This document shows positions 26,119-34,260 of a stretch of DNA of 36,789 bases, in pieces. The stretch is taken from positions 1-36,789 of the IMG/VR virus record IMGVR_UViG_3300048881_000131; one strand, 5' to 3'. A program made the translations under genes and the position numbers. Source of the stretch: a virus. Its lineage: Duplodnaviria; Caudoviricetes. The notes below the pieces were generated by a model, which worked only from the letters and a program-made list of their open reading frames with translations, did no database searches and had not been told where the DNA came from. Position 1 is the first letter of the stretch; each line of letters opens with the position of its first letter.

Positions 26119-26907
26119 ATGAGTGATATTAAACTAATGCTAGGCGATTGCTTAGAGAGAATGAAAGAAATAGAAAGCGGATCTATTGATATGGTATTGA
26201 CAGACCCGCCATACGGCACAACGGCTTGCAAATGGGATTCTATTATACCGCTAGGGCCAATGTGGGAGCAGTTGAAGCGGATTATCAAGCCAAGTGGTGC
26301 TGTTGTAATGACAGCAAGTCAGCCATTCACTAGCATCCTAGGCGCTTCAAATATTAAAAACCTAAAATATTCATGGGTATGGCGAAAAAGCAGAGCAACA
26401 GGACACTTAAACGCAAAAAAACAACCCATGAAAAACATCGAGGATATTCTTGTTTTTTATAGCAAGCCACCAACATACAACCCGCAAGGAGTTATTGAGG
26501 TGAATCTAACACAACACAACTCAAGGAGTCACTCCTTGAGAGGGAAGGCGACAGGCGCTACAAGCGTAGTTACTGGGGGTATTGAGTTTAAGTCATACAA
26601 GCAAAACCTAACAAATTATCCGAGGCAGATTTTAGAATTTGCGTCTCAGGGAAAAGCAGTTCACCCAACACAAAAACCAGTTGAGCTAATGGAGTACCTG
26701 ATTAAGACCTACACCAACGAAGGCGAAAAGGTTTTAGACTTTACGGCTGGATCATTTACTACTGGGGTTGCCTGCGTTAATCTTAATCGTAGCTTTATCG
26801 GAATAGAGTTAGATAAAGATTATTTTGATATAGGTGTTAACAGGATTAAGGAGCGCATTAAGTGCCTAGATTTAAAGATAGAACCGGAGATAAGCACGAG
26901 AGATTGA
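26119..26907 (+). CDS. DNA amino-methyltransferase (N6A/N4C, beta class)
   Basis: GDCLE, DPPYG, HPTQKPV, VLDFTAGSFTTG, FIGIE. Confidence 0.95.
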   Translation: MSDIKLMLGDCLERMKEIESGSIDMVLTDPPYGTTACKWDSIIPLGPMWEQLKRIIKPSGAVVMTASQPFTSILGASNIKNLKYSWVWRKSRATGHLNAKKQPMKNIEDILVFYSKPPTYNPQGVIEVNLTQHNSRSHSLRGKATGATSVVTGGIEFKSYKQNLTNYPRQILEFASQGKAVHPTQKPVELMEYLIKTYTNEGEKVLDFTAGSFTTGVACVNLNRSFIGIELDKDYFDIGVNRIKERIKCLDLKIEPEISTRD

Positions 26908-27104
26908 CCGTAGTATCGCACGCAGGCAAAGACCATAGAAATAAACATTTGTGGCTTTGCTTGTGCAGCTGTGGAAATGAAAAAGTTGTTTTATCTGACA
27001 ACCTATCAAGCGGAAAATCTAACAGTTGCGGATGCTTGAAAACAGAGGTATTAGAGAGAAAAGGCATTCACTCTAATAAATGCCTTTCTGCGTCTAAACA
27101 TTAA
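26862..27104 (+). pseudogene. Truncated HNH/AP2-type endonuclease (only the N-terminal Cys module remains)
   Basis: DRTG.K..RLTV, WLCLCSCGNEK.V...L.SGKS.SCGC, then the frame runs into a terminator hairpin. Confidence 0.65.
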
Positions 27105-27266
27105 AGATTAAACAGCTAAGGGAGACATTATCCCTAATTATTAAGATGCCTGTCAAGCCAATTAATCCGCCACACCTAAGCCCTAGTGTGTGGCGTAACT
27201 TACTACATCTCGAAGCTAGAGCGCCGCTCAAGGGTGCAGCTTGTCGGGTAATGCCGAAGCACGTCT
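27055..27266 (-). ncRNA. Candidate structured small RNA cassette
   Basis: Upstream TATAAT; cUUCGg hairpin; AAGCTG/TAGCTT and CGCCACAC/GTGTGGCG stems; no RBS-led ORF; ends at a terminator. Confidence 0.5.
27058..27089 (-). terminator. Terminator hairpin (best on the minus strand, possibly bidirectional)
   Basis: Minus GAAAGGCATTTAT-TAGA-GTGAATGCCTTTT, with G-U pairs. Confidence 0.7.
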
Positions 27267-27380
27267 TATTATACCCCGTCTAAATTATTTTGCATTTATT
27301 TAACTTTTCCTACATAAAAGGTTTGATCTTGTACGATAGTAGGGTATAGTTAACTCATCACTAACAAAGAGGGCGGCAAA

Positions 27381-27542
27381 ATGTTTAATTCAATAATCGT
27401 TACATCATCAACCAGCAATAAGACAGACTGGGCGCACATAGTAGAAGGTGAGATTTTCTGCAACGGGCGTTTTTCAGCTAGAAACATGAGCTGCAAGTAC
27501 CGAAACAACCCTGATTTTCAAATTAACTGGAAGCCGCTATAA
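27381..27542 (+). CDS. Hypothetical protein (53 aa, not in ORF track)
   Basis: MFNSIIVTSS...INWKPL*; GAGG RBS; upstream TTGATC-16-TATAGT. Confidence 0.6.
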   Translation: MFNSIIVTSSTSNKTDWAHIVEGEIFCNGRFSARNMSCKYRNNPDFQINWKPL

Positions 27543-27543
27543 A

Positions 27544-27765
27544 ATGACCCCAGCAACCACAGCAAAAAAAGGAGGGCTATCTGTGACTCAGATAGTCAGC
27601 CTTACTAACACACCACGTCAGACGCTATACGACACGTTTAACCGCGACCCTAGCAAGTTTACTGGCATAGCAATTAAAGCGCGTACTGAGCTATACAAGC
27701 AGGAATTAGCGCGTGTGAGTGATGAGTATCACCAGGACATTAATAATTTAGGGAGAGAGAGATAA
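27544..27765 (+). CDS. Small HTH DNA-binding protein
   Basis: GLSVTQIVSLTNTPRQTLYDTF. Confidence 0.6.
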   Translation: MTPATTAKKGGLSVTQIVSLTNTPRQTLYDTFNRDPSKFTGIAIKARTELYKQELARVSDEYHQDINNLGRER

Positions 27766-28382
27766 TGAAGATATTGAATTTATATGCTGGGCTTGGCGGA
27801 AATCGCAAGCGCTGGAAGAATTGCCAGGTTACGGCGGTTGAGTTTGATCCAAAAATTGCAGAGGTATACAAAAGATTAAATCCTGATGATGAGGTTGTCA
27901 TTGGAGATGCACACCAGTACCTGCTAGACCATTACAGCGAGTTTGATTTTATATGGTCGTCACCGCCATGTCAGAGCCATTCTAAGATGATTAGAAGCGG
28001 CAGAAACCGAAAGCCACGATACCCAGATTTAAGGCTTTATGAGCAAATACTATTCTTGCAGCATAATTTTGATGGGAAGTATGTAGTTGAAAATGTTAAG
28101 CCTTACTATAAAGCATTAATTGAGCACCAAAGCATTGGCCGCCATGCGTTTTGGGCTAATTTTGACATCCCATTTATGGAAGAGCCAAAGTTTAAGGACT
28201 TTATAAACCGACAAAATCTGAGCGCCAAAAAAGACTTAATGGACTGGCTTGGCATTCATTATGAAGAGAATATCTATTATGAGAAAAACCACTGTCCAAC
28301 ACAGATTTTAAGAAACTGCGTTCATCCATTAGTCGGCGAGCATGTATATAGCGCACTTAACAACCTAACCAAAGAGGGATAG
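27765..28382 (+). CDS. Compact C5 cytosine DNA methyltransferase
   Basis: Motif I LNLYAGLGG, motif IV SPPCQ, motif VI VENV, C-terminal LRNCV. Confidence 0.88.
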   Translation: MKILNLYAGLGGNRKRWKNCQVTAVEFDPKIAEVYKRLNPDDEVVIGDAHQYLLDHYSEFDFIWSSPPCQSHSKMIRSGRNRKPRYPDLRLYEQILFLQHNFDGKYVVENVKPYYKALIEHQSIGRHAFWANFDIPFMEEPKFKDFINRQNLSAKKDLMDWLGIHYEENIYYEKNHCPTQILRNCVHPLVGEHVYSALNNLTKEG

Positions 28383-28385
28383 ATT

Positions 28386-28790
28386 ATGAAAGAATGCAAA
28401 TGCGGAAACTATAAGCCGTATTCTGACACTATTGAAGATAGTGTTATATATGCGCCTGCAATGCCGCTTGATGCTTGTGTAAACTGCTCTGGTGTAAGAT
28501 ATGACCTGACAGCACTACAAAAAGAGAATGACGAGCTGCGTGCTTATTCAAATCGTCTTGCTAATGCGCTGGTAATATGTGACGCGCAGCACGAAGGCAG
28601 CTATATCGGTGGAGGCTTAGTTAGAGAGGTTCTTGACGAAACCCCGGCCCAATCTCTAGCCGAGGTTAAGGCGGATGCTGTGATGAGCATCCTTGACAAT
28701 GTAAATGATTTTGAAGCGTTTGGCTCTCCTAAAATGATGGAAGTTAGCGACATTATCGAATACGCAAACAAGCTTAAAGGTGGTGAGTGA
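28386..28790 (+). CDS. Hypothetical modular protein
   Basis: N-terminal CKCGNY...CVNC module, coiled coil, TPAQSLAEVKADAV module. Confidence 0.75.
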   Translation: MKECKCGNYKPYSDTIEDSVIYAPAMPLDACVNCSGVRYDLTALQKENDELRAYSNRLANALVICDAQHEGSYIGGGLVREVLDETPAQSLAEVKADAVMSILDNVNDFEAFGSPKMMEVSDIIEYANKLKGGE

Positions 28791-29062
28791 TGAAAAAGCA
28801 ATTCATCAGGTTTTCTGCAATAGTTCCGATCGACTTTAATGAAAAAATGATTGAGTTCTGGATGCGTGACGAAGGACTAAGCCGCAGCGAGGCTATTAAT
28901 ATATATCATGACGGTTTATTTATTGATCTGGTAAATAGAATTAAAGGCAAAAGGTGTAACTTCAAGCCAGACCTTGGCTATAGCGACAAAGACCTTAATG
29001 GCTCACTATGCTTTGAAGTTGAAGATAATAACTTCTGCATCCCAGTTTCAATACTTAATTAA
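28787..29062 (+). CDS. Hypothetical protein
   Basis: Coupled to the upstream gene; followed by a terminator. Confidence 0.6.
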   Translation: MMKKQFIRFSAIVPIDFNEKMIEFWMRDEGLSRSEAINIYHDGLFIDLVNRIKGKRCNFKPDLGYSDKDLNGSLCFEVEDNNFCIPVSILN

Positions 29063-29073
29063 CCCCTAACCCC

Positions 29074-29096
29074 AGCCCATTAAGTTGGGCTTTTTT
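29074..29096 (+). terminator. Rho-independent terminator
   Basis: AGCCCA-TTAAGT-TGGGCT then TTTTT. Confidence 0.85.
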
Positions 29097-29176
29097 GCGC
29101 CTGTTATTTGATAAAGTGGTTGCACTTTGATTGTGTTATGATACCATATAGCCTTAATTAATTAGGAGTCAACCCA

Positions 29177-29359
29177 ATGCAAGCAACAACAATGAGACTT
29201 GATCCGAAACTTATCGAAAGCTTAAAGGTTGAGGCAAAAAATGACAATCGAAGCCTTAACAATCTAATCAACAAAGTCCTACAAATGCACATTGACAGAA
29301 TTAATCTTGAAAAAGATCAAAAGCGATCTTTTGAAGATGCTATGAAGCGAATCTTTTAG
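29177..29359 (+). CDS. Arc/ribbon-helix-helix DNA-binding protein
   Basis: TTMRLDPKL...LK.EA....RSLNNLI..VL; AGGAG RBS; upstream TTGCAC...TGATACCAT promoter. Confidence 0.85.
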   Translation: MQATTMRLDPKLIESLKVEAKNDNRSLNNLINKVLQMHIDRINLEKDQKRSFEDAMKRIF

Positions 29360-29413
29360 AATCAGTCCTGCTGCTAACAGGACTAACGCAACAATTAACA
29401 AGGTTATTATAAC

Positions 29414-30067
29414 ATGGCAAAACAAAGAACGTCATTCCTGCTTCATTTTGACAGCTTGGAGATATTAAACGAGCTTTCAGATGAAGAAGCTGGGCAACTA
29501 TTTAAAGCAATCAAGGCACATCATGAAAGTGAAGAATTAGCACTTTCACCACTTGTAAGAGTGGCATTTGCATCATTCAAGAATCAGTTTGTGCGTGATG
29601 AAAAAAAGTATGAAGAAACATGCAAACGTAGAGCTGAAGCGGGTTCCAAGGGTGGTGTGGCAAAAGCTAGCAAAAGCAAGCAAAAGGTAGCAAGTGCTAG
29701 CAAAAGCAAGCAAGACTTAGCAAACTTAGCAGATAGTGATAGTAAGAAAAAGAAAAAGAGTGATAGTAAGAGTGATAGTGATAACAAGAGATTCATAAAA
29801 CCAACCCCGCAAGAATTGATTGAGTACTTTGAATCAAAAGGGAGTGACCGAGATCAGGCGGAAAGGTTTTTCAATCACTATGAATCCAATGGCTGGAAGG
29901 TTGGCCGCAATTCTATGAAGTCATGGAAGGCGGCCGTTTCAAATTGGCTGAAGAACAATTACTCTCAACCAGCACAACAGCAAATCCAGCAAGACGACAC
30001 AAGTTGGGCGAATAACATGCAGCCTGCTTACCTCCCTAATCAACAAAAGGCGCTAGGTCATGAATAA
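29414..30067 (+). CDS. Replication initiator (DUF6291-like N-terminus)
   Basis: SFLLH.D....LSDEEAGQLFKAI; low-complexity linker; F.KPT..E, FFNHYESNGWKVG..MK.WKAA..W. Confidence 0.85.
   Translation: MAKQRTSFLLHFDSLEILNELSDEEAGQLFKAIKAHHESEELALSPLVRVAFASFKNQFVRDEKKYEETCKRRAEAGSKGGVAKASKSKQKVASASKSKQDLANLADSDSKKKKKSDSKSDSDNKRFIKPTPQELIEYFESKGSDRDQAERFFNHYESNGWKVGRNSMKSWKAAVSNWLKNNYSQPAQQQIQQDDTSWANNMQPAYLPNQQKALGHE
29661..29782 (+). repeat. Probable replication origin: about seven tandem 10-bp iterons plus AGTGAT repeats
   Basis: CAAAAGCTAG CAAAAGCAAG CAAAAGGTAG CAAGTGCTAG CAAAAGCAAG CAAGACTTAG CAAACTTAG, then an A-rich tract, all inside the initiator gene. Confidence 0.75.
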
Positions 30068-30434
30068 CATCTCACCAGAAGCCGCATTACTGATTAACCA
30101 TGTTTTTAAATCCCTATGTGGAGCCAAACCATCTTGGCGCGGAGGATTCAAAACAAACGATGACGTGAACGCATACAAAGAGGCATTAGCGCTCACTTTC
30201 ATGGAAAACGGAATAACCACACCAGATGAAGTACATAAGGGGTTAGCCGAGGCTAGGCGTGACGACAATCCGTTCATGCCAAGCACTGGTGAATTTTTGA
30301 AGTGGTGCAAGCCTGAGAAAACTAATGCCCGACCAGAGCATAAGCTGCTAATCTGCGAAAATTCAGAGCCGGCAACCGAAGCAGAGCGCGAAGAAGCCCA
30401 CAAGATATTAAAAGAGTTAAGAGATTCACTATGA
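30060..30434 (+). CDS. Lambda P-like replication protein (truncated helicase-loader type)
   Basis: F.ENGITT...V.KGL..AR....PFMPSTGEFLKWC. Confidence 0.75.
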   Translation: MNNISPEAALLINHVFKSLCGAKPSWRGGFKTNDDVNAYKEALALTFMENGITTPDEVHKGLAEARRDDNPFMPSTGEFLKWCKPEKTNARPEHKLLICENSEPATEAEREEAHKILKELRDSL

Positions 30435-31720
30435 TTACCAACGAAGCAGAACGCCAAGTTATTGGGGCGCTATTAGATTCACCCGAGCTAATTACCAAGG
30501 TTCAAGGGATTTTATCGGATGATGATTTTCTAACGCCACCAGCTAAAACGGTTTTTCAAGCTGTGAAAAAGTTAGGATCAGAGGCTGATGTTTTTACTAT
30601 CTCTGACAAAACAGGAATCGAGGTAAATCTATTATCTGAAATCAGCTTTGATTGCGTTAGTCCTGACAATGCCCCAGCCTATGCAAAGGTCTTAAAGCAA
30701 GAATCTAACAAAGTTAAACTAATACAGCTAGCAAATGACATACACGAGGCTGTAAACCAAGGCTTAGAGCTTAAAGACGTTGTTGGCAATGCTAGCGCTA
30801 GGCTTTCGGATTTAAACCGCTCACACGGTCGCAAAACACAGTTTATTTTAGGAAGTGCTGTTAAACATTTACTTGATGATGTTGATGAACGGGCCAATGG
30901 AAAAGGCATGGTTTACGATTCAGGCATTCAAGAACTGAATGAAAAAATGCCGTTTGAAGGGGGTAAGCTTTACTTATTAGGCGGCCAAAGTGGTATGGGA
31001 AAGACTACTGTTGCTCAAAAGTTTATCGAAGCGCAAGCTAAAACCAAGGTACCTACATTTTTCTCATCTATCGAAATGAAAGCAACAGAGGTTGCAAAGC
31101 GCATGATCCAGAGCGCTGGCAGCGTTCCAGGTAAGCTATTTAAGCGACCAGATAAGGAAATGGGCAACTTTACCGCGCAGCTAGCAACTGGCGTAAATGC
31201 AATCATGAATCATAACGTAATGATTGACGAAGATTCTAGCGTAGGCGTTCAAGATATTATTCTAAGGGCTAGAGCTTGGTTAAATCAGCAGGAAGTTTAT
31301 CAGGATGAGAAAAGAGGTTGTCTAGTTGTTGATTACGTTCAATTGATGAACTACAACCGAGGCCAAGAGGTTCAAGAGCTTGCATTGATCACCAAGGCTT
31401 TAAAAGGCTTTGCTAAGGAAATGAATATTCCAGTAATAGCACTTGTTCAATTAAACCGAGATTATCTAAAGCGACCAGCAAGCGAGCGTAGACCTATCGT
31501 AAAAGACATTAAAGGGTCTGGCGGCATGGAGGCTGATTCTGACGGTATTATTTTATGCCACCGCGAAGAATATTACGATGAAGATACGCCAGACAAAGGG
31601 ATATTAGAGCTAATTATTGGTAAATCGCGCGATGGTGAAACGGGGACTGTTCGAACAATTGGCGAAATGCAATACTTCCGAGTTAAGGATATAAAGCAGG
31701 AATACACCTATCAGGGGTAA
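30431..31720 (+). CDS. dnaB: DnaB-family replicative helicase
   Basis: EAERQVIGALL, GQSGMGKT, SIEM, VVDYVQL, LVQLNR, GSGGMEADSD, KSRDGETG. Confidence 0.95.
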   Translation: MITNEAERQVIGALLDSPELITKVQGILSDDDFLTPPAKTVFQAVKKLGSEADVFTISDKTGIEVNLLSEISFDCVSPDNAPAYAKVLKQESNKVKLIQLANDIHEAVNQGLELKDVVGNASARLSDLNRSHGRKTQFILGSAVKHLLDDVDERANGKGMVYDSGIQELNEKMPFEGGKLYLLGGQSGMGKTTVAQKFIEAQAKTKVPTFFSSIEMKATEVAKRMIQSAGSVPGKLFKRPDKEMGNFTAQLATGVNAIMNHNVMIDEDSSVGVQDIILRARAWLNQQEVYQDEKRGCLVVDYVQLMNYNRGQEVQELALITKALKGFAKEMNIPVIALVQLNRDYLKRPASERRPIVKDIKGSGGMEADSDGIILCHREEYYDEDTPDKGILELIIGKSRDGETGTVRTIGEMQYFRVKDIKQEYTYQG

Positions 31721-31727
31721 TTAGTGC

Positions 31728-31756
31728 TTGATTAAATAAATAATTAAATATACAGT
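31728..31756 (+). promoter_or_regulatory. Sigma70 promoter containing the 16-bp repeated box
   Basis: TTGATT-17-TACAGT; TTAAATAAATAATTAA at 31732-31747. Confidence 0.65.
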
Positions 31757-31778
31757 TAGCTTAGAAATTAACAGAGAG

Positions 31779-32144
31779 GTGAGAGTTATGGAAAAAGTTT
31801 ATAGTAATAACAGAGAAGATTGGGTAGGGGATTTTCAGACTGCATGGGAGTATTCTGCCGATGAGTGCCTATATGACCACGACAAGCCTATAGTTTATGT
31901 TGGTGATGCAGTTCCAGTGACTCATTTATCATTGTGTGATGGGTTATCGAGTCAAGTTATTGGTATTTTGCAGGAATTGGCTTTTGATCAAGCTGGAGAG
32001 CACACTGATGGTTACTTAGATGAGCTTGACACTGAAAAGCTATTGAGCCTAGATGCAGCTATTTGCAAATGGCTTAATGATAACGCAGGTGAGCCTAATG
32101 CTTACAAGGTGATCAATATCAAGGAGCAATCAAATGACAAGTAA
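31779..32144 (+). CDS. Hypothetical acidic protein (start may be ATG 31788)
   Basis: GAGGTG RBS before ATG 31788. Confidence 0.7.
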   Translation: MRVMEKVYSNNREDWVGDFQTAWEYSADECLYDHDKPIVYVGDAVPVTHLSLCDGLSSQVIGILQELAFDQAGEHTDGYLDELDTEKLLSLDAAICKWLNDNAGEPNAYKVINIKEQSNDK

Positions 32145-32490
32145 TAAGGATATGCCAGCAATGCCTCTAAGTGTTGATATGGACGAGTCCATTGACGCTG
32201 CTGGAAAAGAGAATGAATACAGGTATAGAACAGGTCTAACCAAGCGTGAGCACTTCTGCCTAAAAATGGGCGTTGCTAATACTGGGGACGAAGAGTTAGA
32301 TGCCATTATTCGCAAGGTGGTCGAACAAAAATTCGCAGGACTGGCTATGCAGGGGTTGCTAGCTAACCCAGTAATGGGAGATTCTGACTTACATAGTAAT
32401 CATAGAGATTGGGTTGAGGATATGACCAGCACATCAATAGAGTTTGCCAAAGCCCTACTAAGCCAACTAGAGGATAAAGGCGATGATTGA
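32134..32490 (+). CDS. Hypothetical phage protein (PAxP/GLTKRE/AMQGLLAN family)
   Basis: DMPAMP, GLTKREHF, FAGLAMQGLLAN, AKALLSQL. Confidence 0.75.
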   Translation: MTSNKDMPAMPLSVDMDESIDAAGKENEYRYRTGLTKREHFCLKMGVANTGDEELDAIIRKVVEQKFAGLAMQGLLANPVMGDSDLHSNHRDWVEDMTSTSIEFAKALLSQLEDKGDD

Positions 32491-32857
32491 TATTAAGATG
32501 AAGGTTGTAAATTCTACTTGCGGACTAGGCGACACTGAATATTCGCTATGTGACGGAGCTGGTTTGTTGAAATTCGACAAGCCAGCAATGGATGAGTGCT
32601 GCGAAATGATCAATAACCACGACAACCTAGTCGAGCAAGTAAAAGACCTTGAATTCTCGCTAGACGACCGAGATTGCTACATTGCTGATGCTGATATGAA
32701 GAATGAAGCATTGACCAAGCAAGTAGCAGAGCTTAGGGCGGCTTTGGGTTGTGTTGTGGGCAATACATTTCATAAAAACAGTACGGGTATTTTTCTTGAG
32801 ATTAGCCAAGATGATGCAGACAAGGCCATAAAAGCCCTAAAGGAGGATAAGCGATGA
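32483..32857 (+). CDS. Hypothetical coiled-coil protein
   Basis: Coupled ORF; shares the QVAELRAAL segment with the next gene. Confidence 0.7.
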   Translation: MIDIKMKVVNSTCGLGDTEYSLCDGAGLLKFDKPAMDECCEMINNHDNLVEQVKDLEFSLDDRDCYIADADMKNEALTKQVAELRAALGCVVGNTFHKNSTGIFLEISQDDADKAIKALKEDKR

Positions 32858-33096
32858 GTAAATGCGAGAATAACAGCGACCACGGGGATTACTGCAATAA
32901 CTGCTTTACCTGCCATGACTGCCTGTCTGAGGACGATGCTAAGTCTAAAGAAGCGCGGGACAAACTAACCCAGCAAGTAGCAGAGCTTAGGGCGGCTTTG
33001 CTGTCGATTAAGTCACATCAAGAGAAGGTCACTCCAAGCGGCTTTGAGTTTTCTAGCGTTTGGAAGATGGCTGATAAGGCACTAAGGGATAATTAA
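32854..33096 (+). CDS. Hypothetical Cys-rich/coiled-coil protein
   Basis: CNNCFTCHDC; QVAELRAAL. Confidence 0.7.
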   Translation: MSKCENNSDHGDYCNNCFTCHDCLSEDDAKSKEARDKLTQQVAELRAALLSIKSHQEKVTPSGFEFSSVWKMADKALRDN

Positions 33097-33195
33097 TAGT
33101 CTATTGTTAGCTGGCTGATGGTGGAGTTATTCCAACATTGATAAATTATCCGTAAAATACCTTGAATTAAATGTAATTATATATAGAATAACATT

Positions 33196-33558
33196 ATGAA
33201 TAAGAGAGCATCCCTTAAAAGAACTGAATTAATAAATATCATGCTTTCTGGAAGTGAAGATGACATGTGGCTTTCTGTTTATGAATTGATTGAGATTACA
33301 GGAAGGTCACAGCCAAGCCTGCATAGGTCACTGCATGATCTTGTTGATCAAGGCCTACTAATCAGGGAATCAAGGAAAATATCATTATGCAGCTCAGGCT
33401 TGCCAAAGAGATATTTTGCATACATGCACTGCGACAACAAGGATAAGCAAGATGAAATAGATAAAAATAACGCCGCAAGGCAGAAGGAAGATGAAGCGGC
33501 AGCCAAAGCACTTGGCATAGATGTATTTAGCTACCGCATGAACAAGTTAATTAAATGA
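33196..33558 (+). CDS. Winged-helix DNA-binding protein
   Basis: LSVYELIEITGRSQPSLHRSLHDLVDQGLL. Confidence 0.7.
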   Translation: MNKRASLKRTELINIMLSGSEDDMWLSVYELIEITGRSQPSLHRSLHDLVDQGLLIRESRKISLCSSGLPKRYFAYMHCDNKDKQDEIDKNNAARQKEDEAAAKALGIDVFSYRMNKLIK

Positions 33559-33570
33559 GAGTAATTAAGA

Positions 33571-34260
33571 ATGAACACAAATATTGTAGCACATGAAAAT
33601 ACCACAATGTCCAGTTTTGACATTGCTATACTTACGGGCGCAAGAAATAGCGAAGTTGTAAGTGTTGCCAAGAACCTGTCAAATAAAAATGTAATAGATT
33701 TCTCTATTGATCACTTGGAAGTAATGCAGCTTGATAAGCGCAACTCTCTTGTATTGGTTGCTAATCTATCCCCAGAGTTTACGGCGGCTGTTGTTGATCG
33801 CTGGCAGGAGTTGGAATCTCAGCAATCACCTAAACCAATGACTCAGCTTGAAATGATAGCAGGTATGGCTAGCTCGATGGTTGAGGTTGAGCGCAAGCAG
33901 GTTGAGCAGGCTAAAGCACTAGAGGACATCACCAGCAAGGTTGAGCGACTAGAAACAAGCGATAAGGTTTTATCATCATGCCCGGTTAACGCCGAGGGTA
34001 TTACCTCAATCTGCGCTCGCATGAATCTTAAATATTCTATTCCAGCCTGGGCGGTTAAAGAAATTGTGCGCGGATCGTATGGCATTAGACCTGCTGGCAA
34101 CGTCCAGAACCAGCACGAGAACGCCAAAGGCTCTACTTATGTGGTTTGGTGGGTGTCTGACATTACAGCGTTGTTTAAGCGTATTGTGAGCGAATCTGAG
34201 CGAGTTACTGCAACATTGGTAACTCATCCGACTGTATCGAAGCGGTTTAAATTAATTTAG
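33571..34260 (+). CDS. Rha-family regulatory/antirepressor-like protein
   Basis: TMSSFDIA.LTG, LDKRNSLVLVANLSPEFTAAVVDRWQELE. Confidence 0.8.
   Translation: MNTNIVAHENTTMSSFDIAILTGARNSEVVSVAKNLSNKNVIDFSIDHLEVMQLDKRNSLVLVANLSPEFTAAVVDRWQELESQQSPKPMTQLEMIAGMASSMVEVERKQVEQAKALEDITSKVERLETSDKVLSSCPVNAEGITSICARMNLKYSIPAWAVKEIVRGSYGIRPAGNVQNQHENAKGSTYVVWWVSDITALFKRIVSESERVTATLVTHPTVSKRFKLI

Noticed and set aside
29661-29782. Tandem repeats as a CRISPR or mini-array
   Set aside because: Abutting 10-mers with no spacers and no cas genes; they fit iterons
14962-33156. TATCCGTA seen three times near promoters (~14965, ~24550, ~33147) as DnaA boxes
   Set aside because: At least two mismatches to TTATCCACA and only 8 bp long; could be chance, though it might be part of the operator family
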